DNA of 64,000 nucleotides. Origin: Raillietiella orientalis. Lineage: Eukaryota. Positions 37,101 to 49,386 of the stretch are shown here, piece by piece. Position 1 is the first letter of the stretch; every line of letters begins with the position of its first letter. The notes under the pieces were generated by a model. The model was not told where the DNA came from. It ran no database searches and saw only the letters and a list, made by a program, of their open reading frames with translations. The DNA lies in contig JAYWIR010000031.1 of NCBI GenBank assembly GCA_036172245.1, positions 2,108,001-2,172,000 of the forward strand, written 5' to 3'. The position numbers were made by a program, and so were the translations under genes.

Positions 37101-37760
37101 CGAAACAACCTGATGACATTATCTTATTTTACGAAGGCCTTCTGGATGACCTAAGCACTGGTTTGGAGGTTGCTATTGAAAATCTGTCACAACAAAGCAC
37201 CATCGGTCTCGCGCACATTCCTCCCGTTCACGACGAGGTTCTGATCCATCAGTTCGTCCACGAGCTCTGTCTTTTCTGTTCAGACGTAGAAAACTCTTGA
37301 TGAAAGGGGAGATCGCGCCTGCTCCTTCCAAATTTACCTTTTTGTTATGCAACTCGTAGTAAATTCCGAGCAAAGACTGTTCATCCAGAGTAGCGTGCGG
37401 AAGCTCATGGAACGTATATTTTCCGATTACGGGCTCTCAGAGTGATCACCAAAATACTTTCCTGTCAGCAGCTCCATTGTGGGAGATGGTTGGGAGCTGC
37501 CACTTAGGACGGCTTCACTCCGGAGATTAATACCGTGGCGATGTTGGGTTCGTTCATACGGTGTGGTCCTGATACGATTAGCGTAACTGGACCAAATTTG
37601 ACAAAACAATGTGCTCTGCAACGCACTGTACACAATGGCTATCGACCTGGTTCGGTGTCCGGAGTGTGACTTTTCACTGCCCTCTGTACACTATTCCTGT
37701 CTCACTATGTACTCCGTTTTGGCGAGAAAAAAATATCGTATTGCTTTACGTTGTTTGGGC
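34150..37760 (-). mobile_element. Decayed L1/Tx1-like element(s): endonuclease to C-terminal zinc region
   Basis: GKYFGDHS (APE SDH-like, ~37450), PFIKSFLRLNRKDRAR linker, KLA*STLKLHRKGQLDVPNI (~36470), zf-RVT-like TFRSLYNQI (~35300); separate RT piece LRYLLDD near 34530. Confidence 0.55.
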
Positions 37761-40089
37761 AGGACATTGTGTAGAGTGTTCAACTAAGCTTATCAGATGG
37801 AACAGAGCAAAACTAGAACTAGAATTGCGATTTAAATGAGTTGAAGAAGTATTCTAAGCACAGGTTTATGAAAGAGCGTTGACATAAGACGGGAAGAGTT
37901 TTGAAATGGTGGAATGCGATTAAGTGCTTACATGGTTTCAGAAATGGATGAAAGTGGGGATCGTCCCGAACGAACTCAGACATCTGGAGCAGAAAATACT
38001 GCCGTGATCAGGAACAACAGGCGCTTTATCTGAAAGTTCTTGGGAGCTTGGCATCAGTTATGGGTCAACAAATTCAATCGCGTTATGGATATAATAATAT
38101 AATAAAATGGGGATATAAAAAGATGCATGAAGATGGGTACAAGATTAGTTGTCAAGAGAGCCTAACTTGAAGTATGAACATGAATGCATACAGCAATTAA
38201 AGAGATACAGAAATGAAGTAGGATTTCTAGTGGATAGTCACTCGTGATGCAAGAATGGATTCATCATTTCTTGCCAGAAAGCAAAGGACAGTTGATGGGG
38301 TGAAACATCCTCAATAGTCGAAATCCCTAAAATTCAGCTCAAGTGAATTCCGTAAAAAAGGTTGATCAGGGATTTTCATGGGTCTGTACTAACCCCATTT
38401 GCATCCTAAAGAAACCACAATAAGAAAAATTAAGGGAAATACTTTGGGGAGGGAGGAAGCCAGAGAAAAGCAGAAGGCAAGGTAAGCTCGCTGAGAGATT
38501 AATCTTCCTGCATGACATTGGTGAAGTTCCCACTTCTCAAAGCACGATTCAGCTTTCAGAAGAATTAGAGCTTCCCCATGGAGCCTTGTTCCAATGCGAC
38601 TATTCCTGTTTCAACTAGTGAAGGGTGAATTCACCAAGCAATACTTTCCCAAGTTGCAAAGAATTGAAACAGTGGTGCCACATTTTTAGAATACAGTCTT
38701 TGTCTATACGAATACAGGACCTGGTTGAGGGATAGGCCAATTCCATTGAAAAAGAACTGATTGCATAGAAAATTAGTACAGTTGCTTTTATTCTATTTTT
38801 TTTAAATGAAAAACCAAAAAAATCCTATCATGTCTTTTTCGATTTACACTCGCATATAAGTACAGCTAACACTTTTCAACATGGCCGCAAACTGGGAAAG
38901 TCAAACCATATCGGAATGATCTTTCAGAAAACACTAAACTTCAATCGTCTATTGATGACATTTCATTCATGTCCTCAAAAGCTGCCATTGTTTAAAATTT
39001 AAGGGATACTGTGGAAATGTATTTCGTACAACTGCATGTTCTGTTCTCGTGTGCTAAGGACAGTGGAGCTTCCATCACTGTGCGCGCAATCCACCGCTTC
39101 CTCCATTTGCGTAGGAATGGTCGCTGCGAGGGTGCCAAATTCCAAATTGCGTCATAGTAGGGAAAACTCCTCGCGGAGTAAACTGACCATTTTCCAAGCA
39201 GTTGCAGTGTGGCAAGCGGAAGCAGTGAATGTTTTCCAGGAGGAGCAGGAAGAAATGGTCAATAATGCACAGAGCTTAAATGTTTGCAACCACAACTTTA
39301 CTATCGATAGTTTGATTATTAGGGCACTTATTATTTTCAAGTACTCCAGCATAACTCGCCTAGTCTCCCGCGTTTTTTTTTTTTTTCCATATTTGCCGTC
39401 AGTTTCACTAGCCGTTCTCAGTTTAAGTGCCTACGGAATCTCCCGAGGAAAATACGATTTCACACAAAGGGAGCTAAAAAAGCAAAGCACGGACGTCAAA
39501 TACAGGGATGCGTTTTGTGGCTTATTACATCACCCTCCGTCTTCATACACCAAAAAAACTCTCAAAACATCATATATATTCTCGACAACATTTTCGCTGC
39601 ACTGGACTCTCAATCCTAATTCCGGAGAGAGGTTTCCTTTTTTTTTTTTTTTTTTTTTCCGCTTGGATCTCTGATTGATCCCTTGACTGTACGTGCTGCG
39701 GAGAGCCGTTGACGAGTGAACCTAAACTTCCCCAAAGGCATGGTATTATCAGCATGGAAATTCAATTCATGCAATTGAAAATTTCGTAGCGGCTCCCCTA
39801 ATCACGACGAGAATGATAGAAGAAGAAGAAGAAAAAACTCCGAGCGAACAAAGTTTCACGTTTACTGCCAGCTCTAGTTGGCCCAAAAGACTGGTGAAAA
39901 TACCGAATCAAAGAGATGGAGCTATAAGAAAAGCCTTTTCAAGTAAGCTTTAAGAAAATGATTCAGTACAATGAACTTTCAAATTTTTTTTTTTCGTTCA
40001 TGTTCAGATGCACTGAACAAGTATGGATGCTTGTAGCAATGATACCTACGAAACACATGTGGTGTGCGCTCCTCCTCCACTCATCCTTT

Positions 40090-41100
40090 TCTAACCCTTC
40101 CTGGGTTTGTTTCGAAATATTCCATGATTACAACAACATGCAGATGATGAAAACATTTCTCGTATGGAGATGCTCGGAATTCCCGAACGAGATGAGATCC
40201 TGTGCAGCTCCCGACGTGTGCATTTGTCCGTTGCATACGAAACAGAGGTGTACAACAACAACATGAGTGCGCACGCCCAATTTGCAAGCACGTCCGGGCG
40301 CCCCCGGCTGGAAATCCACTTTGCAGGCAGTGTTTTTCGGCGTTGCGTGCACCTCTCCCCCTACCTTCCGTTGGAGGATGTGATGCAAGACCAGGTCAAG
40401 TGGACTAGCCTGGCTGCCACTCCCCTTGCCGCAGCGCTGTCTGCCCTAAGGGCAAGAGATGGCAGCCCACCGGCAGGGTGGGAGGTAGCCTGCACGATCT
40501 CAGGAGCAACCCGACCCATGGACGGCTGGAGGACGAGAGAGCTGTTTCATGTGTCCCCCGGAGAACTCCTGATCCCTCCCTCGTGTGCGGACACTTCTGT
40601 GTTGCCGCTTCTGTGGAAACAGGACGTGATCTTGCTGGTGCATTGGAGCCTCCATGGCAATCAGCGCGCGAAGATTGTTTCCGGGGGAGTTGCCTCCCCC
40701 GAACTGTAGAAGGTGCGGAGCCGTGGAAACGCTCCCGCACCTGCTCTTTGACTGCGGTGCCCTGCACCAGGGGCAGTGGCGGAGGCTGCCTTCAGCGCTC
40801 CTGCACCAGGGGGACACCACAAGGAATGTGATGCGCCGCTTCTTCAAGAGAGGCAGCCTTTAGTAAGGTGCAGTCATCGCAACGATTTGTTGCATCCGCG
40901 CCATCGTCACGGCTCGCCGCCAGCTGGAGCCGCGGGCTGTTCCTAAAAAGGTCACCGAAATCGCCGACGTCAACATGAGGACGGCTGTCAGGTGGCCTCA
41001 TCTGACGGAAGAAGGGGGGAAGGAGATCTCTGGCATCCAACGGCGATTCTGAAAGGAGGGAACGGCAGAGCCCAAAGTCCCCAGCCACCATGTCTTTTTT
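40090..41100 (+). mobile_element. 5'-truncated non-LTR retrotransposon 3' end
   Basis: GC-rich; ORF 40164-40709 frameshifts into CRRCGAVETLPHLLFDC (intact CCHC knuckle), stop 40863, putative 3' UTR ending at a (TA)n tract. Confidence 0.7.
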
Positions 41101-41534
41101 TGTATTTTATATATATATATATATATATTTGTGGCTCCTTCCCTCCCGTTCGGCACTTTCCGTGTGACCGACCTGCGTGTCGGACAGCGCTCCCCTCGAA
41201 CTTCTTTTCACCTTGTCTGGGAACTCTTCCCGGATAGTTTGTTCTCTTTGTGGAATAAAGGCCCCGGCGCACCCGGGTGGAAAGCAGTGTTTCAGGAGGT
41301 TGCTGAAGTTTGTCATCTGGATATGGCGGGGCAATGATCATTAAAATTTTTACGCAAAAATTTTATAATAAAGTCTCGAATTGTGGTGGAAAACTCGGTT
41401 CTACCACGCTGGTCGCTGAAGTAGGCCGCACAATTGAAAACGACTACTAGACTTACGTCACCACAACGGATCAACTTCAGTCTCGGATCCTGCATACGTG
41501 CAAAACACATGCACGTGTGCAAAACTTTTACGAC

Positions 41535-41606
41535 CTCCCCGGCGGGGAATCGAACCCCGGTCTCCCGCGTGACAGGCGGGGATACTAACCACTATACTAC
41601 CGAGGA
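41535..41606 (-). tRNA. tRNA-Asp (GTC)
   Basis: TCCTCGGTAGTATAGTGGTTAGTATCCCCGCCTGTCACGCGGGAGACCGGGGTTCGATTCCCCGCCGGGGAG; intact cloverleaf, A/B boxes, T-run about 10 nt downstream. Confidence 0.97.
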
Positions 41607-41694
41607 TCTTGCTTAAAGTCTTCGATCTGCTATACAAATAGCATGAATAAGAAAGACTTCCCGTATTTCTCTGCGAGGTGAAAGAATAGACCCG

Positions 41695-41702
41695 TGACGT
41701 CA
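41695..41702. promoter_or_regulatory. CRE/ATF palindrome TGACGTCA in the putative eEFSec/UBL5 promoter
   Basis: Perfect palindrome between tRNA-Asp and eEFSec; function inferred from position only. Confidence 0.3.
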
Positions 41703-41901
41703 TGCTACTACTTTGCGGTTCAGTGGTGTTTTTCACGTGGGTACCTTACACACCGAGTGGACACAATCGTATTTACTGTGCCCACGATAAGGTTAATGCT
41801 TGCAGAGGAACATGCTCACATATTAGCACGTGGAGGCATTCTTGTGGACGAATATTAACACATCTAGTATTACGAAGGATTTTGTGTGTTTTAGATTGAG
41901 A

Positions 41902-43961
41902 ATGAGAAAAGTTTTGAATTTTAATATCGGTGTTCTTGGTCATGTTGATTCAGGCAAAACTTCCTTAGCAAAGTGCCTTAGTACTATAGCAAGCACAGCG
42001 TGTTTTGACAAGAATCCCCAGTCAAAAGAAAGAGGAATAACAATAGATTTAGGATTTAGCAGTTTCACTTGTAATCCCCCCGATCATATTAGAAATGCTG
42101 GATTTTCAGATCTTCAATACACATTAGTAGATTGTCCTGGACATGCTTCACTCATCAAAACCATCATTGGAGGTTTGATATTTTCTGATTCGAGGTGAAT
42201 CGAAACCTATAATTACGATTATGCTTTGCACACAGGATCCCAAATCATTGATCTGATGCTTTTAGTTCTTGACATAACCAAAGGTATTCAGACACAAACT
42301 GCCGAATGTCTTGTAATTGGGGAAATTACGTGCCCCAAAATGATTGTTGTTCTGAATAAAATCGATCTGATTCCCGAAGGTAAACTTACAGAGACTATTC
42401 ACAAGGTGCATAAAACTTATTTATTTTCTATGTTGGTTAACCAAATTTCAATTTTTTTTTAAAATCCTGTTTTAATCAAAGAAATTGGTGTGAAAGTGTG
42501 CAATGTGAAATGTAGCACAAAATCGCTGTAAGGTTATTTGCATTATTCAAACACTTGAGTCTCATGTATTTCAAATGTTTCATGCATGTAACTTATGCAA
42601 AAGCTTTGGCAATTTGGTCCGTTAAAAAGGCAAGACCGTTTTGCAAAACTGTAGTAGTTTGTTTTTCTAGATGACAAAGCGTCTACAAAAAACACTAGAA
42701 GTCACATGTTTTGCTGGAGCACCAATTGTAGCAATTAGTGCAAAACCTGGTGGTCCTGAGTCAAATCTTCTTCCTGTTGGTGAGATTAAAGAAGTGCAGT
42801 ATGTGTAATGCAGTTGTGCTGATGCAGATGTGAATCAGCTGGTGGATGTTATTCGTTGCCATACATATATACCACAGAGAGATTCATCTGGCCCATTTTT
42901 GTTTGCTGTTGATCACTGTTTTAGCATTCGTGGACAAGGAACTGTGATGACAGGCACAGTACTACAAGGTTGCATTGCTGTTGGTGATGTAAGTTGGTTA
43001 CAGTTTGGTTGAAATGCTGGATCAATTTCAGATGGTGGAGATTGCATTTCTCAAGCTTAAAAAAAAGGTCAAAAGCATTCAGATATTTCATGAGTTTCAA
43101 GAATCTGCCCAACAAGGAGACCGCATTGGTGTATGTGTAACTCAGTTTGATGCTAAGCTCTTAGAGAGAGGCCTGGTTTGTACCCCTGGGTTCCTTTTGT
43201 TCACTTATGCAGCAATTGCCTCCATTACAAAAATTCCTTACTTTACAAGTAGTTTATTGAGCAAAAGTCGAATCCATGTTAGTATGGGTTACACAACAGC
43301 CTTACCACAGATCACTTTTTTTGAGGGTTGTGAGGAGGATCTTAATTGGAATAGCGAGTATTTGTACAAGGAGGAGCTCAGCTCCGAGGGTTATCAATTT
43401 GTTCTCATGGAATTTGAGCAACCTGTGATAGTAGTTCCTAATTGTGTCCTTATTGGATCACGCTTAGATGGAAGCATTCCACCAAATTCTTGTAGACTGG
43501 CTTTCAAAGGACAACTTAAGGAGACATTTGCAGAAATTGGTTATAAGTCCAAGATACTCTCTTCGCTTAAAATATACAAATGCAAACAGAAGCAAGGATT
43601 AGTAGATCGAATCTGTGGACCTCACGAAATCATTGGCAAGAACCTGTTCAAAAAACAGACCAATGTGCAGCCATTTATGGGTATGCAAGTGCATCTATCG
43701 ACTGGTGAACAAGGAATCATTGAGAGTGCCTTTGGACAAAGTGGGAAAGTAAAAATTAGGATACCCCGTGAGTATTTCTCTTAATATACAAAGTGACTTC
43801 TTGTTCTAGAGGGTCTTCATGAGTCCACTTTAACATTGTTGGATGTAAATAGAAAGAAAGGGAACAAAGCAATCGAAGAATCTGTCAAAGAAGTGCAGTT
43901 GACAATTAACTTCAAAAAATATCTATTCGATAATCGGAAACAGTCTTTACAAATTAAGTGA
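41902..43961 (+). CDS. EEFSEC: Selenocysteine-specific elongation factor, 6 coding exons
   Basis: NFNIGVLGHVDSGKTSLAKCLST..FDKNPQSKERGITIDLGFSSF; LVDCPGHASLIKTIIGG; VVLNKID; AVDHCFSIRGQGTVMTGT; CRLAFKG; FGQSGKVKI; TGA 43959-43961. Confidence 0.96.
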
Positions 43962-44076
43962 AAGAAATACCAGAACTAAAATGCACTGTTTATGGGGAAG
44001 GGGGAATGGTCACATGATTAATCCTGTCAATAGAGTGTATTGTTATCTCTGTTTCAGAAGCAATTAATTAGAAAAT

Positions 44077-44344
44077 ATGATTGAAATCACATGCAACGAT
44101 CGTCTTGGAAAAAAAGTCCGTGTGAAATGTAACCCAGAAGATACAATCAAGGATCTTAAAAAACTGATTGCTGCTCAAACTGGTACTAAATGGGAGAAAA
44201 TTGTGCTAAAGAAATGGTATACCATCTACAAGGATAACATCACATTGGAAGATTGTATCCTTTGTTCAGTTTGTGGAAGGTGTTTCCTATTATTTTGTAG
44301 ATGAAGTACATGATGGCATGAATCTCGAGCTTTACTATCAGTGA
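44077..44344 (+). CDS. UBL5: Ubiquitin-like protein 5 (Hub1), 73 aa, 2 coding exons
   Basis: Exons 44077-44254 and 44301-44344 give [73 protein letters not shown] with the di-tyrosine end. Confidence 0.98.
44255..44300 (+). other. U12-type (minor spliceosome) GT-AG intron, 46 nt
   Basis: 5' site GTATCCTTT is the U12 consensus; branch-point-like TTCCTATTA shortly before AG; removal restores the UBL5 frame. Confidence 0.85.
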
Positions 44345-45939
44345 CGTGGCTTCCGATGTGGTTCAGAAATACATTGCAAAATCCCTAAATGTAATTAAAT
44401 TAACTGTACTTCATTTGTTCGTCTCGTTTACTATTATGTGTTATTTTAATGTGACATAGCGTAAGACACTTGTGTGGATATTGGGGTTGACTTGGTTCCT
44501 ACTCCGATTATACACACCTCGTCAACTCTGTAATGTGGAAATTGATCTGAATTTCATTTTTTGTCAAGCAAGTTAGACGAGAATGCATACTGCAGAAATT
44601 ATAATAAAAACAGCTGTTGCATCTGCACTGAAATCGCGTATGTTTTGTTTTATTGAGGTTTCTTTGTGGGTCTCCCTTTTTTTCCTCTGCAGAAGATTTC
44701 CAAAGTACGATGGAAGCAAGCGGTGTTTTGAAGCTATAGATGGCTGGTTTCATGGGCTATTTAATGCGTACAGAAAAACTTGCAAGATTTGTATCAATAT
44801 ATATTTTTTACACCCAATTTTACGATTTCTGTTGCTAGAGTTCCGCAGAGTGCTCGTTGTTTTTAAGTAGCCACTGATTTCCCATTCCTGAATCCCATCT
44901 CTGCATAGATTCAATTTAGAACACATGAGACATTAGTGGTTTTAAAATTGCCTGTACTCATGTTGCGCGGGGATAGTTTTACTGCATTCCTCGAATTTCC
45001 TCAATAATTTCAAGCTTTCCAGGTGGTAAGATTCATCTTTAAAACGAATCTTACCACCTGTTCCTTTTAAAGAAGACGCTAGACACGCCGAACGTCTGGA
45101 TCTGCAGGATTCCTCAACACCGGAAAAGAGTTGGACATCCTGCCATTAATTTGGGTAAAGCGTCACCAATACTCGCTCTGGTTGTCATTTTTTCAGTCAT
45201 GAATGTTCATTCCCGTATCCTTATTGAGAGAATTGGGTTGGGTAATAAAGAGTAACGAGACTATGCATAGACTAAAAAACAAGAGTAAACATCGTTTAAG
45301 GCAATTCCTCAACTTTGTTGGAATTCAAAAGAGTGCATAATAAAGTACTATATAAACCAAAGTTAGCATGTACTGGAACGAAAATGTAGATTGCAAGGTT
45401 TTTAAGGCAATTATGGGCAGGTGCTGTAATTATAAGCCGCTGATCCTTTTATGAAAAATGATTTTTCCTCTTATTAACAAAGGTGGGCCTCCATTATCCT
45501 CCCGAAGCTTTCTCAAAGTTCCGGAGTAAACTTGGAATTAATATCGGAAGACTTGAATTCGAGGTCTTTTGTATGCGTGCTTCATGAAACGGGTTTTGTG
45601 GACTCTGCTGTGATCATGTACACTCGGGTACGAAAAGAAACATTGAATAAGGTAACTGGGCGGCCAACGACTGTAACGAAAGTTCGCTGCTTTTTCACAT
45701 GTTTTTTTAATGGAGATGAAAGACAACTGAATTATATTTACAGGCTGATAGCTGTTTAAGCCTGAACAATTAGTAACAATTATAACTTGTCCTTGTGCTT
45801 CTCAGGCCACAAGTTACTCATGTGATGTGTGAACATTATTTTTGTTAGCACCTTGAAGCTTCACAAATCCTAATGGCGCATCAGAACTTAGTATGTGCGC
45901 CTGCTAGATAGGTGCAGGAACAGTTTTAAAAACCTCAAT

Positions 45940-48252
45940 ATGCCATTGTGTAGGCGAAAAATTGCTTATAGCGGAAAAGCAAAAAAATTGCAACTGAGAA
46001 CAAAAAGAGAAAGGGTTCCACATACACGAAGGGAAGGTAATAAATATTACTAATACGAGTTTGTTTACAATTGAATATTTTGTATTTAATCGTCTTTCTG
46101 GCTTTTATTGCATTCTTACATTGCTTTGAAAGTTTCAGTAGAAATCCACGAATGTTATATATTTTAGATCATGACAGTGAGCCAGTGCTTGTGCCAAATG
46201 AGTATAATTTTAAGTCTGAAGGATTGTCAAGTGTGCGTAATATATCAGTAGGAGATCTAACAAGAGCCGACAGGTAATGCTGTTTGTATTTTGACTGTTT
46301 TTCCCTTTTATTTGCCCTTAGGTATAAATTAATTTTCCCTTATGAAAGTAAAGCCGCCATTGAGGCTGGCAAAGCAAATGCCAAGAATCCTTTAATTTAT
46401 GTCAGTGATGAAAACCTAGAGATAGAGTTTGATAGGTATTTTCCGAAGGAACTTGATGTACCCAAAAGACCTGAATGGAATTATGAGATGTCCAAGACTG
46501 AGGTTGACCTTCGGGAACAGAAATATTTCAAAGTAAGCCATGAGTGTGTGACATGTATTTTAAGTGCAAGTAAACAATGCTTTGGAATTTTGGAAATTAA
46601 ACTTTATACTACCTAACCATGCATGCTGTAAGCCCAGTTTGCCATTATGCATTGATCAGCATATTTTAGAAATATGCAAAATGTTTTTTTGTGATTGAAT
46701 GATTTGTACCTATGTTTGGGAAAATGTGGCAAACCCGGATTTCATTAATTTCAACTTTGAACGATAAGTGACTTCATTCTCTATGCTGTAAGCCAAGTCA
46801 TATGACGTCATTTGTTTTCAGGAGTATGTTGATTCTATTCTGCACAAGTTTCCATCACAGATTTCCTATTTTGAACTAAATTTGGAAACTTGGCGACAAA
46901 TGTGGAGAGTGACAGAAATGTCTGATATCCTGCTGTTTGTTGTGGACATTCGTTTCTCGGTAATTTCTCCAAGTAATTTGCAAAATTTTTGTTCTTGCCA
47001 GTCAGTGTTGTTTCCTCCTTATATGTACAAATATATTGTAGAAGAGTTAAACAAAAAACTTATAATAGTATTAAACAAAGTTGATTTGGTTCCTGTTACT
47101 GTCGCCTTGGCATGGCAACAGTATTTCAAGCAAACCTTCCCTTTAGCAGATACTTTGTTTTTTGTTTCTACCAAATTTTCTCGTTCACATCAATCATATA
47201 GTAAGTGAACAGTATCATGCTGCGGAATTTTCGTGTTAGACAACTGTTCAAGGTACAAAAGCAGAGCTCAAGCGATCAAGAAATTGATCCAACTATGTAA
47301 GAGTGCTGAAAAGCAAGGTGAGAAATTCAATCAGTGAACAACATGCTTTGTAATTTAGTGGATTTAAGCTTGTGGGACCAAAAGGTGGCACATGTAAGAG
47401 ACAGTGACACAGAAATGAGTTGTACATATCAGGAAAAATGTAACATTGTTGATTGCAGCAATACAAGTTTCTCATGTCAGAGATCTCAAGATGCTCTCTT
47501 GGTTATTGGTATATTAGGATATCCTAATGTGGGAAAATCAGCATTGTTAAATGCTATTCAGGGGCAGAAAGTGAGTCTTGAATAATTGTTTGTCAGGCAC
47601 TCAGTTTGCTTCAGGTAGTAAGTGTTTCATGCACTCCTGGACACACCAAGCACTTCCAAACTATTTATGTAACTCCCAATGTAGTTCTGTGTGATTGCCC
47701 TGGATTGGTGTTTCCTTCTTTGGTGCCTAGGCCACTGCAGGTTCTTTTAGGAAGCTACCCAATTTCTCAACTTCGAGAACCTTTTTCATCAATACGTTAC
47801 TTGGCAGAACGCTGTTCTTTAACATCTTTATTGCACTTAAAGTTAGTGGACGAGGAAAATACTTGTCAGTCCCCGTGGGACATTTGTGAAGCTTGGGCTG
47901 AGTTGAAAGGTTATAAAACTACCAAAGGTGCAAAAGATGATGTAAATCGAGCTGCCAATCACTTATTACGAATGAGCCTTGCAGGTCATTTAAGTTTTTG
48001 CTTCAAACCTCCTGGTTTTCATCAGAATCAGGGTAAATGAGAAGCACTAATATTTGTTTATAAGTTTGGTTTCCTACAGAACAATTTGAAAACCATCCAG
48101 AGAGAAGAAGCATCTTGGAACTTCTAGATCAAGTGGGTGGTAATGCTGAATCATCTGAACTAAACTCCACAACTGACAGCAGTGGTGAGGAGCAAACAGA
48201 AGAGCCTTTGCATGTAACAAACAAGTTCTCTGTGTTAGATACGATAGAGTAA
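45940..48252 (+). CDS. GNL1: Guanine nucleotide-binding protein-like 1 (circularly permuted GTPase)
   Basis: MPLCRRKIAYSGKAKKLQLRTKRER; PKRPEWNY; FELNLETWRQMWRV; LNKVDL (G4) before GYPNVGKS (G1), TPGHTKHFQT (G2), DCPGLVFP (G3); terminal NKFSVLDTIE*. Confidence 0.95.
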
Positions 48253-49386
48253 ATACATGCAAATTCTGTTGTACTAAATGTTAATATATGGTGAGTGCTT
48301 TTTGTGCAAATGATTTCGACAGTGTAAATTTAGCAAATACCACAGAAAGTACCCAAGAATCAAAACGTCAGTAATCAATAATTTACATGAATTTACTTTC
48401 ACTTCTAAATGTGATAAAAATAATGCTGCAGGAAAAACACAATGAATGAAAAGTTGGAACAAAATAGTGGAATCACATGGGGAGTCATTTATAATCTACA
48501 CTCAGCAATCTGTTAAGGCTATCACTCTGCAAATTGATTTTACCTGGACTAGACACATTCTCTTCATCTTTCCGATTTGAAATTAACACACAAAAGTTGA
48601 AATGAAAGGGCACACTCCATAAAATTTTATACATTTAAAATCAAAATATTAATCAGTTGTTTACTGATATCAAAATATTTTTATTAGAAGAAATAAAAAC
48701 TAAAAAAAGACAGAATATGAAGTGGAATTAGAGAAATAAAAAATAAACATCCATAACAGCTCTTGATCAAATAATACAAAAGCTCAGAGATGAAAAAAGA
48801 TATCAAAATTAATTATTTATGATTTCAAGATATTTAAATGCTTGAAACATTATCATTAAATGACTGATTAAAACTTAAAATTATGCTCTCTTGATTCATC
48901 ATTGCCACAATATTAAACCGAGATATGAAAATGTTTCAGGTACTTAACATCTTTCTATCATTTACCATATTCTATTAACAGTTATTCAACAATCATCAGT
49001 TTCTTAAATAACAAGGGATAATTGGCTTATCACTTTAAACTGCACACATTGCAATTTACATCCTTCAAGTGTCTACATCAGTACTCAGTTCAAAATCTAT
49101 TCATATTAAATCATGAAACATGGACTGTTTAAATTCTCAAATAATTTCACTGTCCACGAATTAATTCCAAAATGCTGTATATACAGTATTTCTAAATGAA
49201 TTCCAAGTTATTTCTAAATAAAGGTTTATAAAAAATATGCAAACAAATGAAAAATTAAAAACTAGCAATTTTCAGAGTTACATAAAATAAATACTAAAAG
49301 TAAGCTGGCATCAATATGTATGTCAGACACTACATACTTTCATGCAGCATAAATCTGCATTGAATAACAACATGAATGTCTACATG

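Noticed and set aside
37800..39400. Possible CR1/L2 RT remnant (+) and hAT C-terminal remnant (-), including ORF 39036-39674
   Set aside because: Only single weak motifs; the ORF crosses poly-T tracts and has no recognisable domain.
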